From: a bacterium | GTDB taxonomy: Bacteria; UBA10199; 2-02-FULL-44-16; DYJF01 | Direction of reading: 5' to 3' | Assembly: GCA_041739675.1 (NCBI GenBank) | Contig: JBGSNL010000029.1 | Coordinates: 1-39,231 of the forward strand | DNA length: 39,231 nt | Shown here: positions 17,616 to 26,544 of the stretch, piece after piece | Numbering within the stretch: position 1 is the stretch's first letter | Layout: every line of letters starts with the position of its first letter | Program-made: the position numbers and the translations under genes | The notes under the pieces: generated by a model | Told to the model about the DNA's origin: nothing | The model's database searches: none | The model's input: only the letters and a program-made list of their open reading frames with translations

Positions 17616-18650
17616 TTAGAATCTTGGAAATCCTCCGCGGGGAAGAGGTGTCTTGGGTGTCAATAAAGGTGCTCGTGGCGTCATCACAGGAGGCGATTCC
17701 ATACGTAAAGCGGATTTGTGAACAATTTTTTCATCATCAACTATATAAAGGTTGTTGTCACGGATCGCCATGGCCTTGACTTGAGGTGGAGAGGTATATT
17801 TGAGCACAAGGTGGCCGTCATTTCTGATTTTTTCTATGCTTCTTGTTCCGCCCGAGCAGTAGACATAGACATATCCGTAATCGTCTACTGCCATGGCAGA
17901 ACGATCACCCCAAGATTCATCTTCAACATCAGGATCGGAGGCACGCATTTCACAGCTGAATTCTGGCGCGCTAATGTCGATTCTGTTTCGAATTGTGCCG
18001 TCACTGTTTAATACAATGATGAGACGCCGGTTGTCGTCGAGTACGTAAATCAATCCGTCCTTTCCTACGTCAATATATTTCTCATATACGCCGGAACGGT
18101 CTGGCAGCAAGATATTAAAAATAGATAGAAGACTGCCGGAACTATCATATTTTTTGACTGCTGATGTCTCAGGAATACTCAAATAGATGTTTCCATCGTT
18201 GTCCATAGCTAGCGCTTCAATAGGATTGCCGATTGTGCCTGGTGAAAAGAAATTATATGACTTGCTGCCATCGAATCGTAATTTCGAAACGCCTATTCCA
18301 GTCGCATAATGGATGCCGTCGCGCCCAATGGCCATTTCATCACTATTGTGAGAGAAGAAAAAATTCGAAAATCGTTCCAGGAAATCTCCAGCTGGCGAAA
18401 ATTCCTTGATCTGCGAGATTGATGGAAGCATTAGATAAATGTTGCCGGCGTTATCAATGGCTATTCCGGGTTTTTCGCCAAAGCGAGTTATTTCGGGTCC
18501 ATCTTCGGACGCGCCCACTGCAGCCCAGTGAGCAATTTCCGTATATCGAACTTCATCAATGGCGTTTGCCTTTCCAGTGTTGATGCTTGTAAGAATGATC
18601 GATGCGATCAACAATGTGAAAAGATGGCTTATTCTGACTCTTGGTTTCAT
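17616..18650 (-). CDS. Secreted NHL-like beta-propeller protein (paralog A)
   Basis: AGGAGG RBS, signal peptide, repeated units GIAIDNAGNIY / LAMDNDGNIY / IDVGKDGLIY / MAVDDYGYVY, Pro-rich tail; AT-richer than flanks. Confidence 0.78.
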   Translation of the reverse strand: MKPRVRISHLFTLLIASIILTSINTGKANAIDEVRYTEIAHWAAVGASEDGPEITRFGEKPGIAIDNAGNIYLMLPSISQIKEFSPAGDFLERFSNFFFSHNSDEMAIGRDGIHYATGIGVSKLRFDGSKSYNFFSPGTIGNPIEALAMDNDGNIYLSIPETSAVKKYDSSGSLLSIFNILLPDRSGVYEKYIDVGKDGLIYVLDDNRRLIIVLNSDGTIRNRIDISAPEFSCEMRASDPDVEDESWGDRSAMAVDDYGYVYVYCSGGTRSIEKIRNDGHLVLKYTSPPQVKAMAIRDNNLYIVDDEKIVHKSALRMESPPVMTPRAPLLTPKTPLPRGGFPRF

Positions 18651-18689
18651 AGTATCCTCCTTTGTTTTGATGTAACGATCTTAAGAAAG

Positions 18690-18705
18690 AGCAATTATCG
18701 TGCCG
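18690..18705 (-). promoter_or_regulatory. Putative sigma-54 (-24/-12) promoter
   Basis: Minus strand CGGCACGATAATTGCT fits GG-N10-GC and the TGGCACG-N4-TTGC consensus, about 40 bp upstream of the ATG. Confidence 0.7.
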
Positions 18706-18710
18706 GTATA

Positions 18711-18735
18711 GTGTGTGTGTGTGTGTGTGTGTGTG
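18711..18735. repeat. Dinucleotide microsatellite (GT)12G
   Basis: Read directly from the sequence. Confidence 0.95.
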
Positions 18736-18842
18736 GATAATCTTAGTAATTTCGGATGGTTGGGGAATTGGGCAAAATTGCGAGGGTATCAAATCGGTAA
18801 TTTGTGATCAGAAAGAGCCGGATTTTTGACGCGCATACGTCA

Positions 18843-18922
18843 CCCTCACCCCGACCCCGAAAAGGGGCGTGGCCCCCTCGGGGCTTTACGCCCTCTCCCA
18901 TCAAGGGAGAGGGAAGGTGAGG
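18843..18922. repeat. REP-like palindromic element (CCCTCACCCC...CCCTCTCCC-N5-GGGAGAGGG) with nested hairpins
   Basis: CCCTCTCCC/GGGAGAGGG perfect stem at 18891-18913; CCTCACC/GGTGAGG enclosing arms; internal CCCC-GAAAA-GGGG and GCCCC-CTC-GGGGC hairpins. Confidence 0.65.
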
Positions 18923-18964
18923 ATTCGGTTGCGAAATGTTGGTTTATTCGCTATAGCGCGGCGC

Positions 18965-19768
18965 ATGGTGAAAGCGGAAAGACCGATAGGGATATTCGAT
19001 TCAGGGATAGGCGGGCTCACTGTTTTTGCCGAGATCAAAAGGCGTTTGCCCAACGAATCGCTCATATATCTCGGCGATAATGCGCGCGTTCCGTACGGAA
19101 CGAAATCGGCCGAGACGGTCATAAGATATTCGCTTGAAAATACTGCGTTTTTGGAGAGCCGCGGTGTCAAAGCCATCGTTGTGGCCTGCAATACCGCGTC
19201 CGCCTTGGCCCTGCCGGCGCTCTCGGCGAAATTCGATCTCCCGGTTCTCGGTGTCGTGCTCCCAGGCGCGAAGGAGGCGATAAAGGCGACGAAGAAGGGT
19301 GCGATCGGCGTAATCGGAACTTCGGCCACGATATCGAGCGATGCCTATGCGCGGGCGCTCAAGGAGTTAAACAACCAGGTTCGAGTCGTGTCGCAGGCCT
19401 GCCCGCTCTTTGTGCCGCTGGTCGAAGAGGGCTGGACAGACAACGATGTCGCAAGGTCTGCGGCAAAACACTATCTCTCGGATATGCACAAAGAGGGAAT
19501 CGATGTCCTGATCCTTGGTTGCACACACTATCCGCTGCTCAAACCCCTGATCAAAGAAACGGTGGGTAGCGATATCACGCTCATAGATTCCGCGGAGGCG
19601 ACGGCCACAGCACTTGAAGCGCTCCTCGAAAGGGAAGGTACAAGAAACAAATCCGTGTCAAAGGCGGCTTATCAAATATATGTCACCGACCTGCCCGCCC
19701 GTTTTGAAACGGTCGCCAGACGTTTTCTCGACAATGATATGCCCAGTGTAAGACACGTTACGCTGTAG
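18965..19768 (+). CDS. murI: Glutamate racemase
   Basis: IGIFDSGIGGLTV, VPYGTKS, VACNTASA, ILGCTHYP. Confidence 0.95.
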   Translation: MVKAERPIGIFDSGIGGLTVFAEIKRRLPNESLIYLGDNARVPYGTKSAETVIRYSLENTAFLESRGVKAIVVACNTASALALPALSAKFDLPVLGVVLPGAKEAIKATKKGAIGVIGTSATISSDAYARALKELNNQVRVVSQACPLFVPLVEEGWTDNDVARSAAKHYLSDMHKEGIDVLILGCTHYPLLKPLIKETVGSDITLIDSAEATATALEALLEREGTRNKSVSKAAYQIYVTDLPARFETVARRFLDNDMPSVRHVTL

Positions 19769-19846
19769 TTTCCCGTTGCATTTTTTCGGCCCCATGTTAG
19801 AAAATCACTAATTTATAAACGTTTTTTCAAAATTCTGGAGGAAGAA

Positions 19847-21163
19847 ATGCGCGCGTTCAGGGCTATTCGGGTCGGTCTGGCTGTTTTTTTGGCCGGTTTC
19901 TTGCTTCCCGCTTCATCACACGCATTGACGGAAAAGGGCTATAAATCCCTTCATATCTTCACAAAAGTCCTGGGCTACGTCGAAGACAGTTATGTCGACG
20001 AGGTGGACGAGCAGAAACTTATCGCAGGCGCCATCCGTGGAATGCTCATGACGCTTGACCCCCACTCGGCTTACATGCCTCCCGCGGTTTTCAAAGAGCT
20101 CAAGGTCGATACGAGCGGGCGCTTTGACGGTGTGGGAATCGAAGTTGCGATAAGGGACGGCATTCTCACGGTTGTTGCGCCTATAAAAGGATCGCCTGCA
20201 GATAAAGCAGGAGTCGAACCGGGCGACAAGATTTTCAAGATCAACGGCGAATCCACGGAGAACATGGATCTGACGCAGGCGGTGACGAAGATGCGCGGAA
20301 AGCGCGGCAGCCGCGTCGTCATCACGATCGTCAGGAAAAATTTCAAGCAGCCGTTTGAAATCTCGCTCATGAGACAGGCGATCAACGTCCCCAGCGTGAA
20401 ATGGGAGGTCCTTGACAAGCATTACGGATACGTAAGCGTCAGCTCGTTCCAATCCGACACGTCGAAATCCCTTAAGAAGGCAATCAAGGAACTCGGAGAC
20501 AAAGGTGCGCTCCACGGCATGGTTCTGGATTTGCGGAAAAATCCCGGAGGCCTTCTCGATCAGGCGGTCGAGGTTTCAAATCTCTTCCTTGATAAAGGAG
20601 TGATTGTTACCACCGAGAGCCGCGGACAGGAGATCGACCGCAGAGAGGCGACGGCCGAGGGTGACAAAGTCACCTGTCCGGTGATCATCCTGGTCGATCA
20701 CGGCTCCGCCTCCGCATCGGAGATCGTTGCCGGCGCGCTTCAGGACAACAAACGCGCGATGATTCTGGGGTTGCAATCCTTCGGAAAGGGGTCGGTGCAG
20801 ACCGTAGTGGAGCTTGACGATGGCAGCGGCTTGAAGCTCACGGTCGCGCGCTATTTCACGCCGAGCGGACGCTCCATCCAGGCGCAGGGCATCACGCCCG
20901 ACATCGTTGTCCCGGCCGAGGCGCCGAAGGTAGAGGATAAGAAGGCTTCAATCAGCGAAGGCGCGCTCCCGGGACATCTGGAGGTTACCAAGGAGCGGAT
21001 TGTTCCCAAGGAAAAACCGGCCGAGGTCCTTGCAAAGGATTATCAAGTCGGAGTTGCGCTTGATTACCTGAAGAGCTGGGACGTCTTCCAGGGCGAGACG
21101 AAGCCCGGTGAAGAGGCCACGCAAGAAAACAAGAGTGAAAAAAAGAGCGGAAGAAACAAATAA
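19847..21163 (+). CDS. ctpA: S41 carboxyl-terminal processing protease with PDZ domain
   Basis: LDPHSAY, LDLRKNPGGLL, GSASASEIVAGALQD, SFGKGSVQ, YFTPSGRSIQAQGITPD. Confidence 0.92.
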   Translation: MRAFRAIRVGLAVFLAGFLLPASSHALTEKGYKSLHIFTKVLGYVEDSYVDEVDEQKLIAGAIRGMLMTLDPHSAYMPPAVFKELKVDTSGRFDGVGIEVAIRDGILTVVAPIKGSPADKAGVEPGDKIFKINGESTENMDLTQAVTKMRGKRGSRVVITIVRKNFKQPFEISLMRQAINVPSVKWEVLDKHYGYVSVSSFQSDTSKSLKKAIKELGDKGALHGMVLDLRKNPGGLLDQAVEVSNLFLDKGVIVTTESRGQEIDRREATAEGDKVTCPVIILVDHGSASASEIVAGALQDNKRAMILGLQSFGKGSVQTVVELDDGSGLKLTVARYFTPSGRSIQAQGITPDIVVPAEAPKVEDKKASISEGALPGHLEVTKERIVPKEKPAEVLAKDYQVGVALDYLKSWDVFQGETKPGEEATQENKSEKKSGRNK

Positions 21164-21185
21164 CAATCAGATTGGAGGAGTCGGT

Positions 21186-22229
21186 ATGAGTATGCGAGTT
21201 GGAGTTTTGACAGGTGGCGGAGATTGTCCGGGGCTCAACGCGGTGATACGCGCCGTGGTCAGGCGTTCGATAGTTCTCGGCAAATACGAGATGATCGGGA
21301 TCAAACACGGCTGGAAGGGGCTTGTCACAAAAGAGACGATGACGCTTGACCGCGCACTGATCACCGGAATTCTTTATCGCGGCGGAACGATCCTGGGCAC
21401 TTCGCGCACAAATATCTTCAAGGACGAAGAGACGGCGAAGACGGCGATAGAAAATATTAAAAAGCTGAAACTCGATGCGATCATCGCCATCGGCGGCGAG
21501 GATACGCTTGGGATAGCAAAAAAACTTACAGACCAGGGCGTCAAGGTTGTAGGCGTTCCAAAGACGATCGACAACGATTTGAACGGCACCGATTTCACGT
21601 TCGGTTTCGACACCGCCGTTGAGATTGCAACCGATGCGGTTGACCGCCTCCACACAACCGCGGAGTCACACAACCGCGTTCTCGTCTGCGAGGTGATGGG
21701 GCGCCATGCGGGGTGGATAGCGACATATTCGGGGATCGCCGGCGGTGCGGACTGCATTCTGATCCCCGAAAAACCGGTCGATGTCGACGAGGTCTGCGAG
21801 GTGATCGAGAGGCGCCACAAGAGGGGTGCGTTTTTCTCCATCATAGTGGTTGCCGAAGGGGCGAAGATCAAATCGGGAGCGAAGCAGGAGGAGATCCTCT
21901 CTTCTTCAAGGCTGGACGAGTTCGGGCACGTGCAGTTGGGCGGCATCGGGCAGGTTCTGGCAAAGGCGATCGAGAAAAAAACCGGCTACGAGACGCGCGT
22001 CACGGTGCTGGGCCACGTTCAGCGCGGCGGAAAACCGACCGCCCGCGACCGCGTGCTTGCGACGCGCTTCGGCGTTGCCGCTATGAATGCGGTTCACGCC
22101 GGGGATTTCGGCGTGTTTGTCGCTTTACGGGGGACGAACATCGTTGAGGTGCCGCTCTCTGAAGTGACCGCCGGCATCAAGACGGTCGACGAGAACCTCT
22201 ATGAGATGAGTAAGACTTTTTGGGGTTAG
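21186..22229 (+). CDS. pfkA: 6-phosphofructokinase, group III; PPi-type signature residues
   Basis: LTGGGDCPGLNAVIR, GGTILGTSR, IGGEDT, PKTIDND, EVMGRHAGW, LGHVQRGG; GGAGGAG RBS. Confidence 0.92.
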   Translation: MSMRVGVLTGGGDCPGLNAVIRAVVRRSIVLGKYEMIGIKHGWKGLVTKETMTLDRALITGILYRGGTILGTSRTNIFKDEETAKTAIENIKKLKLDAIIAIGGEDTLGIAKKLTDQGVKVVGVPKTIDNDLNGTDFTFGFDTAVEIATDAVDRLHTTAESHNRVLVCEVMGRHAGWIATYSGIAGGADCILIPEKPVDVDEVCEVIERRHKRGAFFSIIVVAEGAKIKSGAKQEEILSSSRLDEFGHVQLGGIGQVLAKAIEKKTGYETRVTVLGHVQRGGKPTARDRVLATRFGVAAMNAVHAGDFGVFVALRGTNIVEVPLSEVTAGIKTVDENLYEMSKTFWG

Positions 22230-22626
22230 CGATCAGGTGTTTGGTCTTTGCGATCAGCGTGTCCAAATCGTAAGGTTTCCTGACGATAAGATCGGCATTC
22301 AGTTTCGATTTTCCAGCGGCGGGTCCGCAGAAATCGCACAGCTTGACCGCCGTTTTTGTGAGTGCTGTATTGTCGCGCGGAAGAAGCAGAACGGATGGTG
22401 ATTTCATCTGTTCTGTTTTTTTTATTATCCTGCGGATTTCGTTCTGTTCGTTTTCGTCGTAACCCATCATGTCGATCATCACGGCGTCCGGTCTTCTCTG
22501 CTCGATCAAGAAAGCCGCATCGTCGCTGCCCAGGGCCGTTGAAACGCTTAAGCCCTCCACTTCAAAGCGGAGTTTTAAAACCTCTCTCGCCTCCGGATCG
22601 GGGCCTATGATCAAAATGTGAGCCAT
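22177..22626 (-). CDS. Single-domain response-regulator-like (atypical receiver) protein
   Basis: ILII..., RRPDAVMIDMM, ADLIVRKPYDLDTL pattern; the acidic pocket after beta1 is degenerate. Confidence 0.65.
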   Translation of the reverse strand: MAHILIIGPDPEAREVLKLRFEVEGLSVSTALGSDDAAFLIEQRRPDAVMIDMMGYDENEQNEIRRIIKKTEQMKSPSVLLLPRDNTALTKTAVKLCDFCGPAAGKSKLNADLIVRKPYDLDTLIAKTKHLIANPKKSYSSHRGSRRPS

Positions 22627-22690
22627 AAAATTGGTTGACCTCGCCTGAATATCCGATATTTATCCGCTTGCCAATCATAAAGGAGGGGAG

Positions 22691-23869
22691 ATGCCAAAAC
22701 TCGACTTTCTGGTGAAGGATATAGACGATCTGAAACAGTCCGGCCTTTACAACACAATCCGCACGCTTGAGAGCGCAAACTCGCCGTGGGTGATGATAGA
22801 CGGCAAGAAACTCTTGAACCTCTCGTCCAATAATTATCTGGGGCTTGCAAACCATCCTGAGATGATCAAGGCCGCAAAAGACGCGGTGGACAAGTACGGC
22901 GTAGGCGCAGGAGCCGTGAGATCTATCGCCGGCACGATGGATCTGCACATAAAGCTGGAAGACGCGCTTGCGCGCTTCAAGGGGCGCGAGGCGTGTGTCG
23001 TTTTCCAAAGCGGTTTTCTGGCGAACGCGGGTGTCATCCCTGCGATCATCAGGAAAGAGGACGTGATTTTTTCAGACGAGCTGAATCACGCCTCGGTGAT
23101 AGACGGCTGCCGCCTCACGAAGGCGCCGATCCTGCGCTACAAGCACAACGACATGGCCGATCTTGAGCGCATCATCAAAGAAAATCCGGGATACGAAAGA
23201 AAATATATTATCACCGACGGAGTCTTCTCGATGGACGGCGACATCGCCGATCTCAAGACGATAGCGGAGCTGGGCGAGAAATACGACTGCGTCACGATGG
23301 TAGACGATGCGCACGGCGAGGGGGTTTTGGGCAAGGGCGGGCGCGGTGTCGTGAATCACTTTGGCCTGGGCGATCGCATCGATATAGAAGTGGGAACGTT
23401 ATCCAAGGCCTTCGGCTGCGCCGGCGGCTTCGTTGCGGGGCGCCGCGAGATGGCGCTCTGGCTCAAACAGCGCGGGCGGCCCTTCCTGTTTTCAAACGCA
23501 CTTTCTCCTTCGGAGGCGGCAGGGTGCCTCAAGGCGATCGAACTTTTAGAGAAGAGCGAAACGCTTGTGAACACATTGTGGGAAAACAGCAAATATTTTA
23601 AATCGGCGATGAAAGAGGCGGGTTTCGATATCGGAATTTCACAGACCCCCATCACGCCTTTAATGCTGGGCGAGGCCCAAGTCGCGCACGGTATGAGCAA
23701 GCGTTTGTATGAAGAGGGCGTTTTCGCGATGGCGCTTGGTTATCCAACTGTGCCGAAAGGCAAAGCGCGAATAAGGGTGATGCTCTCCGCGGGTCATTCG
23801 AAAAAGGATCTGGATTTCGGTATCGAAAAAATCATCAAGGCGGGAAGGGAATTCAAGGCGATAAAATAA
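22691..23869 (+). CDS. kbl: Glycine C-acetyltransferase (2-amino-3-ketobutyrate CoA ligase)
   Basis: SSNNYLGLANHP, SDELNHASVIDG, TDGVFSMDGD, DDAHG, GTLSKA, RPFLFS, VPKGKARIR; adjacent to tdh. Confidence 0.9.
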   Translation: MPKLDFLVKDIDDLKQSGLYNTIRTLESANSPWVMIDGKKLLNLSSNNYLGLANHPEMIKAAKDAVDKYGVGAGAVRSIAGTMDLHIKLEDALARFKGREACVVFQSGFLANAGVIPAIIRKEDVIFSDELNHASVIDGCRLTKAPILRYKHNDMADLERIIKENPGYERKYIITDGVFSMDGDIADLKTIAELGEKYDCVTMVDDAHGEGVLGKGGRGVVNHFGLGDRIDIEVGTLSKAFGCAGGFVAGRREMALWLKQRGRPFLFSNALSPSEAAGCLKAIELLEKSETLVNTLWENSKYFKSAMKEAGFDIGISQTPITPLMLGEAQVAHGMSKRLYEEGVFAMALGYPTVPKGKARIRVMLSAGHSKKDLDFGIEKIIKAGREFKAIK

Positions 23870-23881
23870 GTGGAGGGGATG

Positions 23882-24943
23882 ATGGCCGGCCAAATGAAAG
23901 CGGTGGTCAAGATCAAGGGCGAACCTAACGGCACGGAAATGATGACCGTCGATGTTCCAAAACCCGGCCCGAATGACGTTCTTATAAAGGTCGATGTGGC
24001 CTCCATCTGCGGCACCGATGTTCACATATTCAATTGGGACAACTGGGCATCAAAAAGAATCAAGCCGCCGCTTCTCTACGGGCACGAGTTTGCGGGTCAT
24101 GTTGTCGAGATCGGCAAGAACGTCACGAGCGCGAAGGTCGGAGATTACGTATCGGGCGAGTGCCACATCGCCTGCGGCCATTGTCATCAGTGCATGACAG
24201 GTCAGGCCCACGTTTGTCAGAACATGAAGGTCTTCGGCATCGACGTGCCGGGTGTGTTCGCCGAATACGCATGCATCCCCGCGACGAACGTCTGGCAGAA
24301 TGACAGGGATGTGCCGCCCGATCTTTGCTCAATTCAGGATCCGCTGGGGAATGCCGTTCATTCGGTCTATTCCACCGACGTTTCGGGAAAAGACGTGGTT
24401 ATTCTGGGGCTGGGGCCGATCGGCATTATGTGCGTCCTTCTTTGCAAATATGCCGGCGCGAAAAATGTTTTTGCGGTCGAAAAAAAGAATGAGTATCGCT
24501 CGGCGCTTGCCAGAAAACTCGGTGCGACGAAGGTTTATGGCGAAGGGGAAACAGACGCCCTCACAAAAGAGATATTCGAGCTAACCGGCGGCAAGGGCGC
24601 GGATGTCGTCCTTGAGATGTCAGGGTCCACCGACGCGCTGACGCACGGTTTTGATTTATTGCGAACCGGCGGCGATATGATTCTTCTCGGTGTCTATTCA
24701 CAGCCGGCGACGATCGATGTCTCAAAACAGATCATCTTCAAGTACACGACGGTCAAGGGAATCTACGGTCGCAGGATGTGGGGCGACTGGAACAAGATGA
24801 AAGAGTTATTCAAAAATAAGGGTTTCCGCGAAGATCTGCAAACGATCATCACTCACCACTTCGCGTTCGACAAATTCTTCGACGCCATGGAGAAGATGCG
24901 CTCAGGCCAGAGCGGAAAGGTCGTTTTGCAGGTTTCCAAGTAG
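23882..24943 (+). CDS. tdh: L-threonine 3-dehydrogenase
   Basis: SICGTDVHI..WD.WA, GHEF, ECHIACGHCHQC...HVC, DPLGNAVH, GLGPIG, GIYGR, SGKVVL. Confidence 0.92.
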   Translation: MAGQMKAVVKIKGEPNGTEMMTVDVPKPGPNDVLIKVDVASICGTDVHIFNWDNWASKRIKPPLLYGHEFAGHVVEIGKNVTSAKVGDYVSGECHIACGHCHQCMTGQAHVCQNMKVFGIDVPGVFAEYACIPATNVWQNDRDVPPDLCSIQDPLGNAVHSVYSTDVSGKDVVILGLGPIGIMCVLLCKYAGAKNVFAVEKKNEYRSALARKLGATKVYGEGETDALTKEIFELTGGKGADVVLEMSGSTDALTHGFDLLRTGGDMILLGVYSQPATIDVSKQIIFKYTTVKGIYGRRMWGDWNKMKELFKNKGFREDLQTIITHHFAFDKFFDAMEKMRSGQSGKVVLQVSK

Positions 24944-25819
24944 TTTTCTCACTGCCTGGCCGCAGTTGGAGCCGATCTCGTTTTCCTTTAGTTCTCCGAT
25001 ACTTAGGATCACGTCAAAACCAGCCTCAGAAAGCCCCTTCATTATATAGTCGGATTTGGGGAGGGCGTCTTTGAGGCCCGAAGCGCTTGCAGTTTCCGTG
25101 GGATTAAGAGGTGTAATCTTGATGCAAAACTTTTTCGGGTCGAAGTGGCGCGAAATTGCATCGGGATCGACTGCGATTCCTTCCGTCAGCGCAAAATTCA
25201 AGCTCACCTTTCTATCGCCTTTTTCCACAAAACGATTTCCGTACTCCGCAATCTGAGATAAATTCCATTTCGAAATGGGCATCAAGCGATCCCGTTCAGA
25301 TTCATCTGTAGAGTTTATTGAAAATTGAAGCTGAAAGAGTTTGCCGGCATAGATCGATCTCTTGATCTCCAAAAGTTCCTCGAACCATCGCGATGCCGAC
25401 GACGGCGCAGTCGTGGCGATGCACGGGATGATGTTCGGATTGTCATAACGGTTCGGCAATTCTCTTATTACTTCAAGCACTGCTGGGTTAAGCGCCGGCT
25501 CGCCCATCCTTGCAAACTGGACTTTGAATTTGTTGCAGTGATTTGAGAGACCTTTGGGATAGAAATTGATGATGTGATCGATCTGCCCAGATATTTCATC
25601 AGCCGTCAGGTTGCCTCGATAGCTCCCTCCCGAATCACACATAAGACATTCAACAGGACAACCGAATTGTGTTGAGACGATGATAACCCATTTATCTTTC
25701 TTCGGCAGATTGGGGTCTCTTGAATCCACGAACTCCGCCATGAGCCTGGGATCGCCGCGAAACTTTGCAACGAAGACTTCGGCAATATTAGGATCACCCG
25801 TTTTGGAAATTATTTTCAT
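24902..25819 (-). CDS. RlmN/Cfr-like radical SAM protein (divergent)
   Basis: VSTQFGCPVECLMC (CxxxCxxC), NLTADEI, FARMGEP, LQFSINS, RDRLMP, GSNCGQ; ATGA overlap with the upstream gene. Confidence 0.82.
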   Translation of the reverse strand: MKIISKTGDPNIAEVFVAKFRGDPRLMAEFVDSRDPNLPKKDKWVIIVSTQFGCPVECLMCDSGGSYRGNLTADEISGQIDHIINFYPKGLSNHCNKFKVQFARMGEPALNPAVLEVIRELPNRYDNPNIIPCIATTAPSSASRWFEELLEIKRSIYAGKLFQLQFSINSTDESERDRLMPISKWNLSQIAEYGNRFVEKGDRKVSLNFALTEGIAVDPDAISRHFDPKKFCIKITPLNPTETASASGLKDALPKSDYIMKGLSEAGFDVILSIGELKENEIGSNCGQAVRKLLGNLQNDLSALA

Positions 25820-26544
25820 TTTAGATAACGCCATGCCGCCTGGGCCGCTGCTATTCCATCCCCCACCGCGAGCGCGATATGCCTGTCAGCCGGGTGGCAT
25901 ATATCGCCCGCCGCAAACACGCCCGGCGCTTTGTCCAGTTTCAGAAGCAATGGATGATTTGCTTCCTTACCTATGCAGGAAATGATGAGATCGTACGAAA
26001 CGTCTGAAGGCGACCAATTCTTCTTTACCGCAATGCCGCTTCCTCCTGCGCGAGCCACCAGCTTGGGAAGGGCCTTCGGGTTTTCGCTCCTCATTCCTAC
26101 AGTCACACTTTTTGCCTTCTTTGCATAGCCCCATGCCAGATCGAACGCCGAATCGCCCCCGCCTATTACAAGCACATCTTTTCCGGCGTGCTCGATGCGG
26201 TCGGGATCGCCGTATGGAATTTCGCCGGGTACCCCCGCAAGTTTCGGCGTCAAACCGACGGCGATAAGCACACTTTTTGCACCGTACGATTCGATATCTT
26301 TCGCCTCTTCAAATATTACCTTGATCGGCCACCGCTCAAGTTGTTGCTGGAAAAAAGACATGAGTTCATTACCGGTGATTCCATCGGGAAAGCCGGGATA
26401 GTTTTCTATCCAGGGAGCGGTGAGCGCCTGCCCGCCAAGAGAGCTTCGCTCGACAATGGTTGTCTTGAGGCCCAACCTTGCTCCCTGAATCGCCGCGGCC
26501 ATACCCGAAGGCCCGCCGCCTATTATGAGAAAGTCGATCGTCAT
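25816..26544 (-). CDS. Thioredoxin-reductase-like FAD/NAD(P) oxidoreductase, short, no CxxC
   Basis: IIGGGPSGMAAA, IENYPGFP, VIGGGDSA, PGVFAAGD, AVGDG. Confidence 0.8.
   Translation of the reverse strand: MTIDFLIIGGGPSGMAAAIQGARLGLKTTIVERSSLGGQALTAPWIENYPGFPDGITGNELMSFFQQQLERWPIKVIFEEAKDIESYGAKSVLIAVGLTPKLAGVPGEIPYGDPDRIEHAGKDVLVIGGGDSAFDLAWGYAKKAKSVTVGMRSENPKALPKLVARAGGSGIAVKKNWSPSDVSYDLIISCIGKEANHPLLLKLDKAPGVFAAGDICHPADRHIALAVGDGIAAAQAAWRYLK

Noticed and set aside
18827..18842. TGACG...CGTCA inverted repeat, also at 34344-34355, as a shared enhancer for the sigma-54 promoters
   Set aside because: The arms are only 5 bp and the spacers differ (6 vs 2), so chance cannot be excluded.
24902..25819. 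Calling the radical SAM gene rlmN or cfr
   Set aside because: It lacks the N-terminal domain and the first catalytic Cys, so a symbol would overstate function.
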